NCBI GenBank assembly: GCA_040954595.2
Contig: CM082589.2
Location: 11,048,894-11,112,893 of the forward strand
Origin: Balanoglossus misakiensis
Taxonomy: Eukaryota; Animalia; Hemichordata
Reading direction: 5' to 3'
Length of the DNA stretch: 64,000 bases
The notes under the pieces are model-generated. The model searched no databases and was not told where the DNA came from. It worked only from the letters and a program-made list of their open reading frames with translations. The stretch's first letter is position 1; every line of letters starts with the position of its first letter. This document shows positions 37,190 through 51,567 of this stretch, piece after piece. Both the position numbers and the translations under genes were made by a program.

Positions 37190-37490
37190 TTAAAGGGGCA
37201 AACTCTCTCTCCCGTCGCCCTTTTCTATTAATAATGTTTGATACAAGACACCGTTTATATTAATGGGCATGTGTATATGTAGTGAATGAACGTTCAACCG
37301 CACACAACTTCCATCCTGCTTGTATGATATGAGAGTAAAAACTCGCCCAAAATGAATAAATGGTAGAGACCGATTTTTCAGTTTGGCGAGTTTTCGCTCT
37401 CGTGTCTACATGCGGGATGGAAGGTGTGTGCGGTTGAACGTTGCATCACTATATATCCACATTTACATTAACATAAACGGTGTTTTGTAT
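37190..37490. mobile_element. Kolobok-like MITE family member (partial)
   Basis: Starts TTAA-AGGGGCAAACTCTCTC, with an internal palindromic body shared with the copies at 38285, 50165 and 50841. Confidence 0.65.
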
Positions 37491-38284
37491 TGTCATTTCT
37501 TTTAATCGTGGATTTTCGTTTCTGATTTGTATGTATAATGAAAATCCATTTTGGGTCACTGCACTTGTTTTCGACTTTAAACAAGGCCGTGAATTTAGTC
37601 GATAATTGAAGAAAACTGCTGACGGTCAGCATTTTCTACCAATGGTTTGCCTATGGATACAATATTGAACAAAGTTTATCTCAAAATAGACCGTGGTGAA
37701 TTTATTTTGATTTGTCGGAGCTATGTGTAAAATTTCCTGAAAATGACAATAATAGAAGGGAGTTTTCTAACTATTCTCCATGTACTCCTATGGGAAGAGA
37801 CACAGGCGCACTGTTTACCAGTTGACGTTCTGCGCGTACATCATTGAGTGTACTGGCAGCTAACTTATTGTTTATTTGTAACAGCAATTGGATCTTGGAG
37901 CACTGTTTGGAACACCCTTTGTGAAATATGAATGTCCAGAAGGTAAGTTGAATTGACCCTAGCCCTTTCACCAACATGGTTCAGTCAAAACCAATTGTTT
38001 TCTATGGTAATGTTGGACCTCTAAAGAGGAAACGGGGGGGGGGGGGGTGATGAAAGGTTTAAGACTTACAGATCACAACTTAAATAGCCATTCAGAAAGA
38101 GGCTTAGAGTGGAGTATCAAATCGGACGATACCACTGACTGGTGGAGGAAGACAAAATAAGCAAACTGAGTAGATGAGTGCTCAGATTTCTTCAGAGGAC
38201 CAAACGTTTCAAAGAATTATACGTGACAATCCATGCCTGGTCCGTCAGTAGATATAAACAGAACATTGTGGCTGTATTCATTAA

Positions 38285-38575
38285 AGGGACAAAGTCTCTC
38301 TCTCGCTGCCCTTTTTCCATTAATTATGTTTGATACAAGACTGCGTTTATATTATTCTACATGTGGATATAGTGAATCAACGTTCAACCATACACACCTT
38401 CCACTCCGCTTGTATAGACACGAGAGTTTTAAAAAGTCGCCAAAATGAATAAACGGTCTCTACCATTTATTCATTTCGGGCGGGTTTTTACTCTCGTATC
38501 ATACAAGCGGGATGGAAGTTGTGTGTGGTTGAACGTTCATTCACTAACATAAACGGTGTCTTGTATCATGTCCCT
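38285..38575. mobile_element. Kolobok-like MITE
   Basis: TTAA-AGGGACA…TGTCCCT-TTAA; same family as 37190 and 50841. Confidence 0.8.
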
Positions 38576-41500
38576 TTAACACTTTTGAAGCATTTTACTA
38601 ATGCTAACATGACTAGACCAATTGAATGATGTTGCATTGCAGGTTATCAACTCAGAGGGGCGTCTTGTTATAAAGCGGTACCTGACAAACAATCAGCTGG
38701 CAACGCTGAAAATACCTGTCAGTCGTAAGTATGAAAGTATACATCATTTGAGTAGAATTTTATGGGAGATCCTAACAAGGCTTGGACATGTCACGCACAA
38801 ATACAAAGGGCGCGTATAAAGACAGACAAAACCTCGCTTAGTGTGAGGTGTTCAGCGATTGCATCTGATAAGTCGAAAATGCTTGATCACGTGTCATGTT
38901 CAGTTGGGAAATTGGATATGTCTCAGGCCAAAAAAACTAATATGTGCTATTCCGATTACATGGTTTTCAAAAATAGGGTAGGTAGAAAGGGACATTTTTT
39001 TATTTTTCAATTTTTTTATATCTTTGGCCGTCGTAGTGTAGAAGAATGACATCATAGTTCTTGCGTGATTCTCGCAATTTTCATGAATTGTTGTATATTT
39101 GACATCGTTATTTTTACTTCCGGTTTACGAAGATCTAAACTGTTTTGGGTCGGCGGGCTAAAATTAGGGTAGTTCGGGTAATCGTTATGACATTGGGAGC
39201 TACGGCTGCAAAGCCATGTGTCTCGTGCGAAAAGGGCCCTTAACCTTTTGCAATATTTAACAGCAAACAACAGACAGTTTTGAGAATAAAAGGTTTCCGT
39301 CGTGTCTGACTTTCATATCGCATTAATAGCATATCCCTAAATTTAAAGAAATTAGGAGAGACAGAGTGAAACAGGCAGAGTGGCAGACAGACACAAGCAG
39401 ACAGACAGAGCAACATTCATCAGTAGAGACACTCATCGGTCGCTCGCTCGCTCGCTCGCTCACTCTCTCTCTCAGAGAGAGGGGGCAGACAGTCAGACAG
39501 ACCGACGTTGACAGACAGTCAGTAAGTCAGTCAGCCAGTTAATCAGTCAGTCAGACGTCAAAGACACAGTGACACAAACACAGCGAGGGAGACAACAGGA
39601 CCTTTCATGCTTAAACCCCTGTTCTTCTGTTATAAACTTTGAAAACCGTTCGTTTTCAGACTGCAGATTGCTCGAATAACGCGACACACTGCCGAAACAA
39701 TAAAACAAATACTAGTGGGAGCTCATAAAATAAAATCGCTCAACCATTCCGTCGTCCTGAGTGACCTCAGCCACATTAATTCCGACGTCTTTTTAGGGTC
39801 ATGAAAAAAGTCACAAATAAGGTATTTCCCCTAGGTCCACCTGAAGCAAAAAGTTTTCGTTTCGACTCCATCATTCCGAATAGTAAGAAAGCAACAAAAT
39901 TGAAAAGACAGATGTAAAATGCACTCTCTCTCACGTGGTAACGTTTGTAACTATGGCAATCACGGTACGTGTTCAGTACACAGACAGGGAGAAAAGTTTC
40001 TCCATGCAGTACATGTGTTCAGTAAGGTTTGACCTTGGTTTTACATTGTACCATGATCGCCGCTTTCTAAGCATGGATGAACGACGGCGGTCAGACCCAA
40101 TCGAACCCTTTCATGTCAGATGACCACGGTATCTCCACTGTGAGATGACATTTGACAAACCATTTGATTTCAACAAAATCTTCGCGTCGTCAACGCGTCG
40201 CATACCAGTCGCATATCGGTATTTACCCAATCATAAAAGTTGGAAATTCGGGAGACTCGATCTGCAACCAAGTTGAGAGTAAATTTTGACGTTTGACTAT
40301 TGGCAAGTAAACAGGTTACACAATGACTTGTCGGTTTTTCCTCCGTCATGGTCGTTCTCGACCCAAGTCCCCCCTCCCAATGTCCTTCCTTGACATTTAG
40401 ACACACCTTGCGGTATGACCTTGGTGGTCATGTGCAATTAGTTTTCTTGTATAAAAGCTTTTCATGCCGGGGTAGACGACTTGTGCGTGGATCATCAACA
40501 TTTCAGTGATATTTCAACGCAAAGTTTTAGCAATATTAAGAAAACAGGTAGTGAGGTGTCAAATGCATATCAATGTACGAAAATTAGGTCAAGCCACCCG
40601 ACAGCAACCGCTTTCACACAGTGTCGGACGTTGCACGGAATGTGAAACGTTACACTGCTTCGGCCGTTCACATGCACCTGGGCGTTGGTTTGATTGATGG
40701 TCAAACGCCCCCACTTACTTTGGGCGTTTTCAATGGTAAATGTGTCGTATTGATCAAAACCTTGCCGTAAACACATTTTTTTTGCTGAATCAACATTCAG
40801 AGTTCAGCCGTCTAGTTAACGAAGTATTGAAGTAAGCCACTTGTTCATCATTTTTTGTCTGTCAAACGTGTTTATTCGGACAGGGACCGGCCGCCGATGA
40901 GGGGTTTAGGGAGCCCACACGTACACTCTGGTACCTGGACAATTAACATAGACATGTCGTGTGTACCGTCCGGTTCGAAAAGATTGGTTTAAGGTAGTCC
41001 TGGTAACAGTCATCCTAACGAGGCCAGGGGAGGTCTCCAAGGGCGAAATAAACATAGCTACCGATGACGAGTCGAATTCGAATCGGACGATGCTTGTTCA
41101 TAAAAGGCACAGACATAAAGCTTCGAAGTTTTTTGTCTGTGTAGTAAAGATACGACTAATCAGCCTATAGTGTAACCGTAGACCCTGGAGAAATACCAGA
41201 GCACAGCACAATGCAGCAAATGGAGTGAAACAAGAACAAAGCTTAGTATCTGCCGCAAACAACGCTAAATCACACATTGACACTCCAAATAGAAGCAAGA
41301 CAGCCGGGGGGGGGGAGGCACAGTTGTAGATCGCGGTTTTGACCCGCCCCTTCCACATCCTGTAGATGTTTGTGCGTCCAAGGCATTTTTGATAAAATAT
41401 AGACTTTTGTTTTTAGCTCGAGTGTGGCCTAAGTATATCACCGTTCCCACGAAAAATGTCTGTCTTTTTCAAAACGTTGTATTATACTTCTGTGTTATTT

Positions 41501-43199
41501 GAACTCTAATACAAGTGACAGTATTAGAGGACAGATTTGGCACAGACAAAATTCGTATTAACAAACCACAGAGAAAACGTCAAAATGGAGCGATTTATAA
41601 AATGATCAATTCCACGAGTTTGCAAATTAAAGTTAAAGAGATACAGTTTCATTGGGTGGATCACTATCCTAGAGCGGTCTGGAAGCATGGGTGGATTTTT
41701 ACCTGGTGTTTGTTTACCTGGTAAAAATAGGCTATTGTTCTCCCCTGCTTTTCATAGCGGATTTTTTAACACGTCTCCTCGAGATCAAACATTAATGAGC
41801 GATTAAAAGCGCTTCGTATACTTTTTGTGGGTCGAGTTGTGTTTTTCGTTTTATTTGGTCATTAATTCGATCAGAATGGATTGTTTATTGTTGTATTGTT
41901 AAAAGCTTGGATTTTATGTTTCAGTTGTGCAGAGTGCTTAAGTATGCTCGACTTGCGTGGCAATTCTGCATATTTGGAGCATTCTTTGGAATTTAATTGA
42001 TTTGGACATGAGTTTGTTGTTTGGTTGGTCATGGAACAACACGTGACATTGTCTGCATGACATTCTTTAGGGTGTTCCAATTCTGTAAATGACATGAGGT
42101 GGTTACATAGGACCATATATGGCTGAGATGAGAACATATGGCGGCGCTCTTTTTTCGCGTGTGCCACCCACTAAAAATCTGTGATTGGCTACATCTCAAT
42201 TTGCCATGGTAACTATAGCTAATTTTCCATAGGTGACCGTATACCTTTAATTGCCTGTTGGTACTAAACAGCACTCTCCCCGAGTCTAGTGAAACATCAT
42301 TTTTGGGGATCTGGATTTCGTGTTCATTATTGCGTGACTGATACGGCGGGTATCGATTGGAATAGGCCCTATCGTTAAAATAGAAGTTCATTCTTGTCGG
42401 GCGACCCAGGAAGGCATAAGCTTGACGTGCCTAAAGTTTGTCGGACATTGTTCGACCATCACGGCTGCAAATTGGTTTAAGTTCGACCCTGGGCCCGGTG
42501 TAGCCTGCTCCAATAGAAATGGAGAAATTAAGTATAAGGCAACAACCCGAATGTGCCACTTTTTCACTGACAGCATCCCTATAAAACCACAGTAAGTGAT
42601 AAAACAAAAGGTTAGGTCGACTTTTCATGTCCTTATGCGCATGAAAAGAAAAGAATGAGACAGGGTCAATGAAGTCTAGTTTCGTGTCTTCGTGCACACG
42701 AAGACGCCCGAGCCGTTCATCATCATGGTATTCCTCGTGGAATCTCTTGGCAAGTGCATGGCGTGTACCGAGTCAGAACATGTAAATACTGACTTCTGCC
42801 ATAGACGTACCAGGTGCTTCGACGAGTTGGCCTTCGGCATTGTGGTTTTTTGGCTTTTCTAGTGAAGCCGAAGGCCAAAACCCCCCCCCCCCCCATCTCC
42901 CCCCCCGCCCTCACCAGTTTTTGTAGTAGATATGTTCTTCATGCCTACCCCAATTCTACCGCTGGCTGCGCTGTCACAGTGACCTCAAGCCAGGTCAAAT
43001 TTGAGCTAAAAGACAAGTTCCGTCTACATACTCATGAATATTTCTTGGTTTCTTCGCGTATAAACTCAGGAATACTATGCCCCTGAAGCCTCGGCTGGCT
43101 TTGATGCACGTTATCATGTTTTAATTAGTCAAAGACCCACAGTAGCAAAGTAGGTAATTGTCTTTTTTTCACGCGTATCCTTTGGTCATATATTCTGCC

Positions 43200-43545
43200 T
43201 GCAGCCCCCAGCCCTTGCTGCAGTTTGCAGCCCCTCCATCTCCCCTGAACGAGTTTTGGTTTTGCCGATTGAAGTTGAATAACTGGGGAAAACGTAGGCA
43301 AAATCGACAAATACCGCGACATCCTTTGCCAGGTAAGCGCTGTATGGGTTCCGGGACCGATTTGGCGAAAAAATTGTGGAAAATTGTGGACTGGAGACGT
43401 CTGGAGTGTAGAAATTCGCTCCGGGCCCAAATCCCGGTCGCTCGTTGTGCGGTTTAGAATAGCTGGGACCTGCAGCCCCGCAAAAACAAAAATCGTCAAG
43501 GGGAGATGGAGGGGCTGCAAACTGCAGCAACCCCCAGCCCCACAT
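43200..43545. mobile_element. TIR-bearing MITE-like element
   Basis: TTGCTGCAGTTTGCAGCCCCTCCATCTCCCCT (~43215) is inverted at ~43499-43530. Confidence 0.55.
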
Positions 43546-45159
43546 TCGCTGATATAATTGTCACGTACCTCGATAGTTATTATAATTTTTAGTTAGAGAC
43601 GGCCTTGTAGACTCGGAATTGTAGACTAGCGACGGCTCAGCTGGCATATCGTACCACTTTTTCTGTTACATTGCCGACCGGCCCGGCGCAACTACCGAGG
43701 AAAGATACGGGTGTGCTCGTGGGAATTGTCAACTACCCGTTCATCGTTCGACTGCTCAACACAGATCATTGATAACACAATGTCACATTTCGAACTAATT
43801 TTGAAATTCTGGATAAATTCTCCAAATATCCTGTTAATCTGGGATTTTCTTCCATCACCTTGATGCAACTGTATCAGAATTTGTCTTTTAAGTTTATTCA
43901 CACCAAAAAAAAAACAACAACAGCCATTTCCTGGAAATTGTCATGTTTTCTCTAAAAGAAATAAGCTGAACTTTTTTATTCAAAGGAAACGTTCAGCAAT
44001 TTTTTTTCTCCCCAAAATTCAGGTGAATTTTTCACAGATTCTTTTTTCCCAGAAATTCTGCCGAAATCTACACTAATCACACACTTATTGGAAAGGTGTA
44101 ACACAAAATATAGACTTTACAAACAAAAATCTAATGTTATACATTTATGAACCTCTTATTCACCAATATTAAATGTTTTCAAAGAGGAAATGTATTATTC
44201 ACGGACTGGAATTTCGAAATTAGTTTGGAACATGTTTGATGTGTTATAAATTGGTTTATTTTCAGATTTTATGGTGGGCACTTGACAGTAATTGAGGGTT
44301 ATTCTGAAAATCGTTATGCTGGAGCAGAGATTGTAAACCAGATTGAAGAGACTTCCAATGAAACAGCGAACCATGGTTGGATTGGTGAGTGTGTCTTTTA
44401 ACAGTGTTTGTCAGTGTTCCCAAATAATTTGTGGGTGTATCAAGTGTAAAAAATAACTGGTTTTGGAATTTGACAGTTTACAAGTAAGCACTGCATAGTA
44501 ACACTTGAATGATAATTGTCTCAAGATGGTAATTGAAAAGCCTATTTTTTACATCTCAATAACCTCACAAAATCTTGCTATTAAGTGACTCTGTATGCAG
44601 TTTTTCATCCAGATGGAGGGATGAGGGAATTCGCCCACTGTCAGCATGTTGGCACCCCCCTAGAAATTTGTCAAGGGGGAAATGGTGCCCCTTACAGACT
44701 CAGCGATGTCACTCATTCCCCTCCTTGCAAGAGTGCAACTATTCAAGCAAAGGGGGACATATCCCCCCCCCCCCCCATCCTGGATGAAACACTGCTGTAT
44801 GCATCTTCTTTCTTTATTTCCATTTTATAGGATTTAGTGGACCCAATCGAGATGGCAGTGTGGAATATGATTATTCAGATGGCAGGAAAGGTAGTGTCTT
44901 TGATGGTCGATGGGCAGACACAGAACCTGATGCCTCCACTGGGCAATGTGTGAGGTTAAACCTCTTTGAAAATAATTACCCATTGTATCATGCAAGATGT
45001 GATGATGTCAGTCTGTCAATGTGTGAAGTAGCAGCTTGTGCTGAAGGTAAGTCTGATTCAAATCAGCTAGAATCTTCCCTTACTCGCATCAGGTCTTTAC
45101 TTTTCTCGCACTGCTGTAGTCACCTCCCAATATATATACTAAGAGAGAGTGTGTGCAAA

Positions 45160-45440
45160 AGAGCGGGAGGGAGAGGCTGGGAGGGGAGAGTGAGAGGGGA
45201 GGGAGAGAGAGCTGGAGAGTGACAGGGAGGGAGGGAGGGAGGGTGGTAGTGAGGGAGAGGGGGAGAGAGAACTAGAGGGAGAGGGAGGGGTAGAGGGGGG
45301 TAGGGAGGGAGAGAGAGCTAGAGAGGGGTGGGAGGGAGGGAGAGGGGCGGGAGAGGGGAGGGAGAGGGGCGGGAGAGGGGAGGGAGAGAGCTAGAGAGGG
45401 AGGGGGAGGGGGTGGAAGGGAGGGAAGGAGAGAGAGTTAG
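45160..45440 (+). repeat. Polypurine (GGGA/GA-rich) low-complexity tract
   Basis: Nearly pure G/A run in an intron. Confidence 0.9.
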
Positions 45441-45642
45441 AGTCCCCTAAGCAATACAAGATATACTTGGAAGAGCTCACCACTAAAAGTTAAACAAGGG
45501 GGATCAGATCATGTGATGTCTCCTTGGGTGCAGAATGGTGTTATATTTGAAATTCAAAATTGAGGCCAGTTGTCGCTAGATAATTCCACTCATTAATTGT
45601 ATGGTTATGTTTACTTAACAATTTCTTTTAGACTATTTATGT

Positions 45643-47085
45643 AATAGAGAACCACCGACCCCGAGGTGGTTCTTGGTTTCGAATTGCCGAGGGCCGCAGG
45701 CCCGAGGCGATTGGAAACCAAGAACCACTGAGGGGGAGGTGGTTCTCTAACTTAAACCACGACCCCCCACAGGCATTGTCACCATTGGAGCTTCGTGTAC
45801 CACAAAGACGTCGTTTTACTCAACGATTCAATAAAATGAACGAACAAAAGCTTATCAAAAGAGGCTTATTCTTCATTGCTGACTGTGAAATTTGGTTGGC
45901 CACCCCTTTTCCTATAAATGAATCATGTCGTGGGCAGGTAGTTCTAGACCGCCCTGCTGGGCCTTACAAGATCGCCCACGCTTGACAGGTGTTACTCTAA
46001 ATGTTCATGCTTACGTGTCAGAGTGATATGCTAATTTCAAACACTAATTTGCATCAAATTAAACTTTACAGGTGTGTTACGTAGTGTATTATGGGAAGCG
46101 TTACAGCTATTGGGGTTTTGCGTGCACATGGTAAGCTTACGCGAAAATTTTCTAGGCCAAATGCAGAAGGCCTACATGTAAGTGTCACGTTTTTTTTTTA
46201 TTTTCCTTCAAATGTCCATGAAATCGATCTGAAGATACATGTAGTTCCGATCTATATCATCTGCGAAAACAAGCGGCTACATGTTGGTAAAGCAAAAACC
46301 GGGTAACAATGCTCTACATGGTACTACTGCCCGTCTGTGTATTGGCCTCCCTGGCTTTTGAACGAACCACTCTCTACGAGCCACAGCGGCAACACGTCTG
46401 TATGGTAGCGATATTGGTGAGTAACTCATCTGCGAAAAGACTTGATACCGAAGTGAATCCGTCCGACATTACAAACCCACGTCTGGTGAACAGCAACAAA
46501 AAGTAAGCAGAATTTTGCAAGGTACGCGGGTTTTAGGCCTAAAACAGCCAACCTTGTTACATGTCGGTAGTGAAGCAAAATCGAAATGAAGCATCTGGTT
46601 AGAGTAATGCAAGCAAATCTGGGGATAATGTGATTTAGTATAATTTTCTAGAAATTTGTAGTTAATTTATTGCAACGTTAGTTTGTTTCTGGTGAATTGA
46701 TTTTTGTCTATTTTATACTTTTATTATCATGTTATGAAGACTCTCGAGAGCCACCAAGACATTAGCTTTGTACGTCAGTAGACAAAACTGTGAATGTGAA
46801 GCATTGAATGAAATGATCCGGAGACTGTCGCATATCCAGTTCGCTTTCAATGAACATAACAATTACTCTATTCAAATGAAATGTACTTTGAATACAGGTA
46901 TAGAAGTAAATGTAATTATGCAAATAAAGCATTGTGTATTTGTATTTTTGTTACGACAGGTGAGACTGAGTCCTGCGGTAGTTCTAGAACCCCCGGAGGT
47001 AGTTCTAGAACTACCCGGGACTTGGTTTTAAACCTGTGGTTTTGTGTGAGACGGAGGTTCTCTCAGTGAATGACTTGTCTATTGA
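45643..47085. mobile_element. Probable non-autonomous element with short inverted motifs (Crypton-like)
   Basis: GAGAACC… and …GGTTCTC near both ends, a long hairpin at 45647-45748, and repeated GTAGTTCTAGA motifs. No coding capacity. Confidence 0.4.
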
Positions 47086-47189
47086 ATAGTGTGACGTCAC
47101 GATCGTGGTTTAATTGTATGATCATCTCCTTTGCAACTAAAGACTACTTTTGAACTGTCAGCAGAAAGTCTGATCCTCAAAGAATTTTG

Positions 47190-47385
47190 TACTGTAAACA
47201 GGAAATTTTCGCGAGCGATAAATTTTTGCGAACTATGCGAGAGCCAAAAAAAACGCGAAAATAAACAAGTTGTGTCAAAATGTTTTTCGAAGATAGCAAT
47301 GCCGTGAAATATGAGAATGCGAAAATCAATCATCGCATAACAGTTGCCACTTTTGATATCATGAAAAATTTCCTGTTTTACAGTA
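47190..47385. mobile_element. TACTGTAAA…TTTACAGTA MITE family (further copies or fragments at 52678-52888, 52930-53130, 53358-53567, 56180-56375)
   Basis: Terminal inverted TACTGTAAA/TTTACAGTA with internal TTTTCGCG/CGCGAAAA motifs. Confidence 0.75.
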
Positions 47386-48129
47386 TGTCATAAATATAAA
47401 TCAGAAACAAAACTGGGCCAAGTATTTTAAGAATCTGGCATCTGTCACACTGATAGTTTGAGCTTAGAGAATCATAATATGCGGTTCTTGGAATTTTCGG
47501 GTGTGATAAATGTCGTTTCAAAATTTTTACATTTGATTTATACTAATACAAACATTGTTTTATACATGTACATTGGATACTCACTGTTGGTGAAGTAATT
47601 TTATCATCAATGAAATTTCGTCAACTTGATGAGCTGAATCTTTATGACCATTCATCACACAAACATACTCTTTCTTTTTATTTTAATGATATTCAGGAAC
47701 ATGTGGTGGTTTGGAAACTGGTGAATCGGGGACCTTTCACAGCACTGGATACCCAGATGATAATTATTACATTCTACAAGAATGTATTTGGACAATCCAG
47801 GGACCTGCAACATCCAGAATAAGTGCTCACTTGTAAACTGTCAAATTCCAAAACCAGTTATTTTTTACAGTAAAACTTGCATAAACCACTAACTCTGTCT
47901 AATCTGGAAACCTGCCTATACAAAACACCTTTTCCCGTCCATTCGACATACAAACACTTTAAAAAAAAAAACAGACACATGTATTAGATTTAAATTCATT
48001 TCAACTAAAAAAAAAATAATTTGATTTTTTTCTTCCTTATAACAAACATGATTTTTGGTAAACTTTTGAATTAAAGGGCCATTATCTATAACTTCAGGCT
48101 AGTTTATCAGTAATTTTGTTTTGTGTTTA

Positions 48130-48783
48130 TTACACCTCACGTATTATACCGTTTTCGTGATTGGCTGAGACGCGCTCACGTGATATAGAAAAAAAAGTGA
48201 TATAACATGGCTAGAGTTGATAAAGCCCTGTCGCGTGCGCTGATATTGCCCACTTGGTTGTTTTGGTGTTCTGGGCACGACTTCTGCGCGTTCCAAACTG
48301 TCGTTCAATGGCTTCCTTCACGATCAGTCAACTCCCGCATCTATATGGCTTCAAAGCGACACACAGGCTTAACACCTGTTCTACTGGATGATATTTTACT
48401 GCAAACGGGCAGTAAATACACCAAAATCGCAACCAACAGCGCAGTATTTTCAAAATAATCTAAGTTCGAAGTAGGTATCGTATAATTCTTGGGAGATCGA
48501 GACATTTTACATTCTCAGCAACGTACGACATATGGACGCGAGTCTACATGCTACATGCTGCAGTGTATGTACGTTCAAATGTTCGGCGTAATAAAATTAA
48601 TAACACATTATGCTCGGGCAACATCACGATTTGAAGCCTGCCCTCGGGCTGGTGATCTCTGACCAAAATATTGATGATACCCTCGCCTGCGGCTCGGGCA
48701 TCATCAATATTATGGTCAGAGATCACCATCCCTCATGCAGGCTTCAAATCGTGATATTGCCCTCGCTATCATGTGTTATTATT
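48130..48783. mobile_element. Probable non-autonomous Crypton-like element
   Basis: GATTGGCTGAGA motif near one end and a long hairpin TAATAACAC…CTCGCCTGCGGCTCG…GTGTTATTA at 48598-48782. Confidence 0.45.
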
Positions 48784-50840
48784 TAAATTAAACACTTTTT
48801 CTTGTTCCTCTCCTCATGAGTAACCCATCACACCCAGCTCTCTGCTTGTCAACGAGTCATGTGTATGTGTACTGACTGTTGTTATTATTTACGAATGTTT
48901 TCAAACAACAACAATGCCGATTGTGCCCTCATAGGTTTCGTTGAGAAGTTAAGACTATGGATTTAACTCTGCCCTGCGTAGCTGAACAAGAAACTATAAT
49001 TGATACACAGAATAGAAATACTGAAAAATGCAAAAAGTTACAGCTAATGGGGCTTAAGTCATGAAACTGTGTTTATTTTCATGTATATTGGCTTGAGACA
49101 GCTCACTATTTATGATGTGTGTTGTGACATTTTTTATTCTTTTCAGTTTCTACATTTTGACACTGAACTTTATCATGATACTGTTGTCATTGTCGAGGTG
49201 TCTGTGTTTGACCCATCCAAAGTTCTTGCCACATACAGTGGACCGGACCAGCCTGATGAAGTTATTAGCAGTGGTAATGCAATGTTGGTGAAATTTCTCT
49301 CAGATAGTTCGCATACTGCTACTGGCTTTGAAGCATCTTGGCAAGCAGGTAATACCAAGTTTTATACATAATGTAAAACTGGAAATTTTCGCAAACGATA
49401 AATTTTCGCGAACTACACATAAACTTTGCATGTGTGGACACAAGGCAACTAAAAGCATTAATGCTCTGTGTTTACCTTAGGCAAATAGTGTCTCTGAAAC
49501 GTTTCGAATTTTACCCTACGTGAACCTGGTATAACATTATAGATTGCACATGTAGGCAATATTTGCCCTACCTCGACTGTGATCTTGCTGATGTCCTGTT
49601 TGTGAAGTGTTTCTGTTAAGATGACTTCTTCTTTCTTTCAGTGTATTCTTTGTGTGGTGGGAATTTCATAGCACAGTCATATAAACAGAATCTCAGCAGT
49701 ACAGAATATTTTGAAGGCAAGAATTATCTCAACAATGAAGATTGTAACTGACAGCTGGCATCATTCACAACAGAATTTGTTGTCACTTTACAGGTAGTGG
49801 ATTCAGATGCAATTAATCGTGTGAGTTGTTTTACAGCATGACAAAAATTAGTAATTATATTTTTAAAAATACATTTTATTTTTGTCATTTCTGGTCAATT
49901 CTCAGTAGTCACTTTTCCGATTTCTTAAAATTTGGTTTACAAGGACCTACAATATTTGTTATTATGGTGTACATAAACATGTGACAAATATCAATACTGG
50001 GGAGGAGGGGGGTGGGTAGTTTTAGACATTTTTGGTCCAAAAGTCCACTTATGTCAGAAACGGCTCTTCCAGTTGTTTTGGATTTTGGTTTATTGGGATG
50101 TGAAAATATTCTTTATCAGATGTATTCTTATATTACCTCATCAATGCTAAAGGTGTCCTTATAGGGACGAAGTCTCTCTCTCTCGCTGCCCTTTTCCCAT
50201 TAATTATGTTTGATACAAGACACCGTTTATGTTATTCTACATGAGGATATATAGTGAATCAACATTCGACCACACACACCTTCCATCCCATTTTTAGGAT
50301 ATGAGAGTAAAAATCTCGCCCAAAATGAAGCGGGATGGAATGTTGATTCACTATATATCCACATCTAGAATAACATAAACGATAATCAAACGATAATTAA
50401 TGGAAAAGGGGCAGCGAGAGAGAGAGAGACTTTGCCCCTTAATGGTTTTGTGTAGGAAATTGTGATCACTATGATTGTACGGTATGTCACATTTAAATGT
50501 ACATATCAAATGGGAGCAAAGTGTCTTTGATGCTATTTTTTATATCTTTTCCGTTTATCTCCTTTGCAACAGAAGATGGGGCTGATCAAGTGTCTGTATA
50601 CGATGGCGCTGAACTGAATCCTGCCCTCAGACTTGCTTTATTTTCTGGGATGGAGTTACCCAATGTCATCATATCTTCCAAAAGTATGATGAGAGTTGAC
50701 ATTAAGAGTGATGATGCAGTTACAATGAGAGGTTTTCATGTACATTACTGGGCAGGTAGGTAACGCATTCAAATTGATCAAGACGTTGTTTGAATGAAGA
50801 GGCAATCAAGGATTCATGATGCAAGAGAACAATGTTTTAA

Positions 50841-51189
50841 AGGGACAAACACTCTCTCTCGCTACCCTTTTTCCAGGAATTATGATGATACAATACAGCG
50901 TTTATGTTATTCTACATGTGGATATATATTGAAACAACGTTTGACCACAAACAACTTCCATCCCACTTGTAGACACAAGAGTGAAAAAACTCGCCAAAAT
51001 GAATAATTGGTCTCTACCGTTTATTCATTTTGGCAATATTTTTACTCTCATATCCTACAAACGGGATGGAAGTTGTGCGTGGTTGAATGTTGATTCACTA
51101 TATATCCACATGTAGAATAACATAAACAGTGTCTTGTATCAAACATAGTTAATGGAAAAAGGGCAGCGAGTGAGAGAAACTTTGTCCCT
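50841..51189. mobile_element. Kolobok-like MITE (a related copy lies at ~50164-50438)
   Basis: TTAA-AGGGACAAA…TTTGTCCCT-TTAA with a long palindromic body. Confidence 0.82.
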
Positions 51190-51567
51190 TTAAATCACTT
51201 AAAATCATTCCCAAAGAATTTCAACCCAGTAAGAATTGTAAGGATCACAGATCTATCTTCTTTTGCCATTCTTTCTGGAAGTTTATAATATAAGCTAATC
51301 TGATACTGGGTCATTATGGAACTTTTTAACAGAAAAAATAACAAAATGTGAAAAAAGTTAAATGAGTTTAATTTGATAACTACATGTATAACGACAGAAA
51401 GGTTTGACCTAAGGAAGTCATATACAGTTAACAGTCATTTCTTCTGTCGCGTACGACTTTTTATCCAGAAGGCAATTATTATGTGATTTGATCCCCTAGC
51501 ACAAAATAAAAGGCAGCCAGGATTACACCAAACCTGTGGATTGAATTCATTATTCCTTGTTTGGTAT

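Noticed and set aside
37000-44260. Short ORFs and possible 5' exons of the lectin/CUB gene
   Set aside because: No recognisable domains or convincing in-phase exons; mostly repeat fragments and microsatellites.
49749-49751. Selenocysteine or programmed readthrough TGA
   Set aside because: It replaces a conserved Trp rather than Cys, and co-occurs with other disabling lesions.
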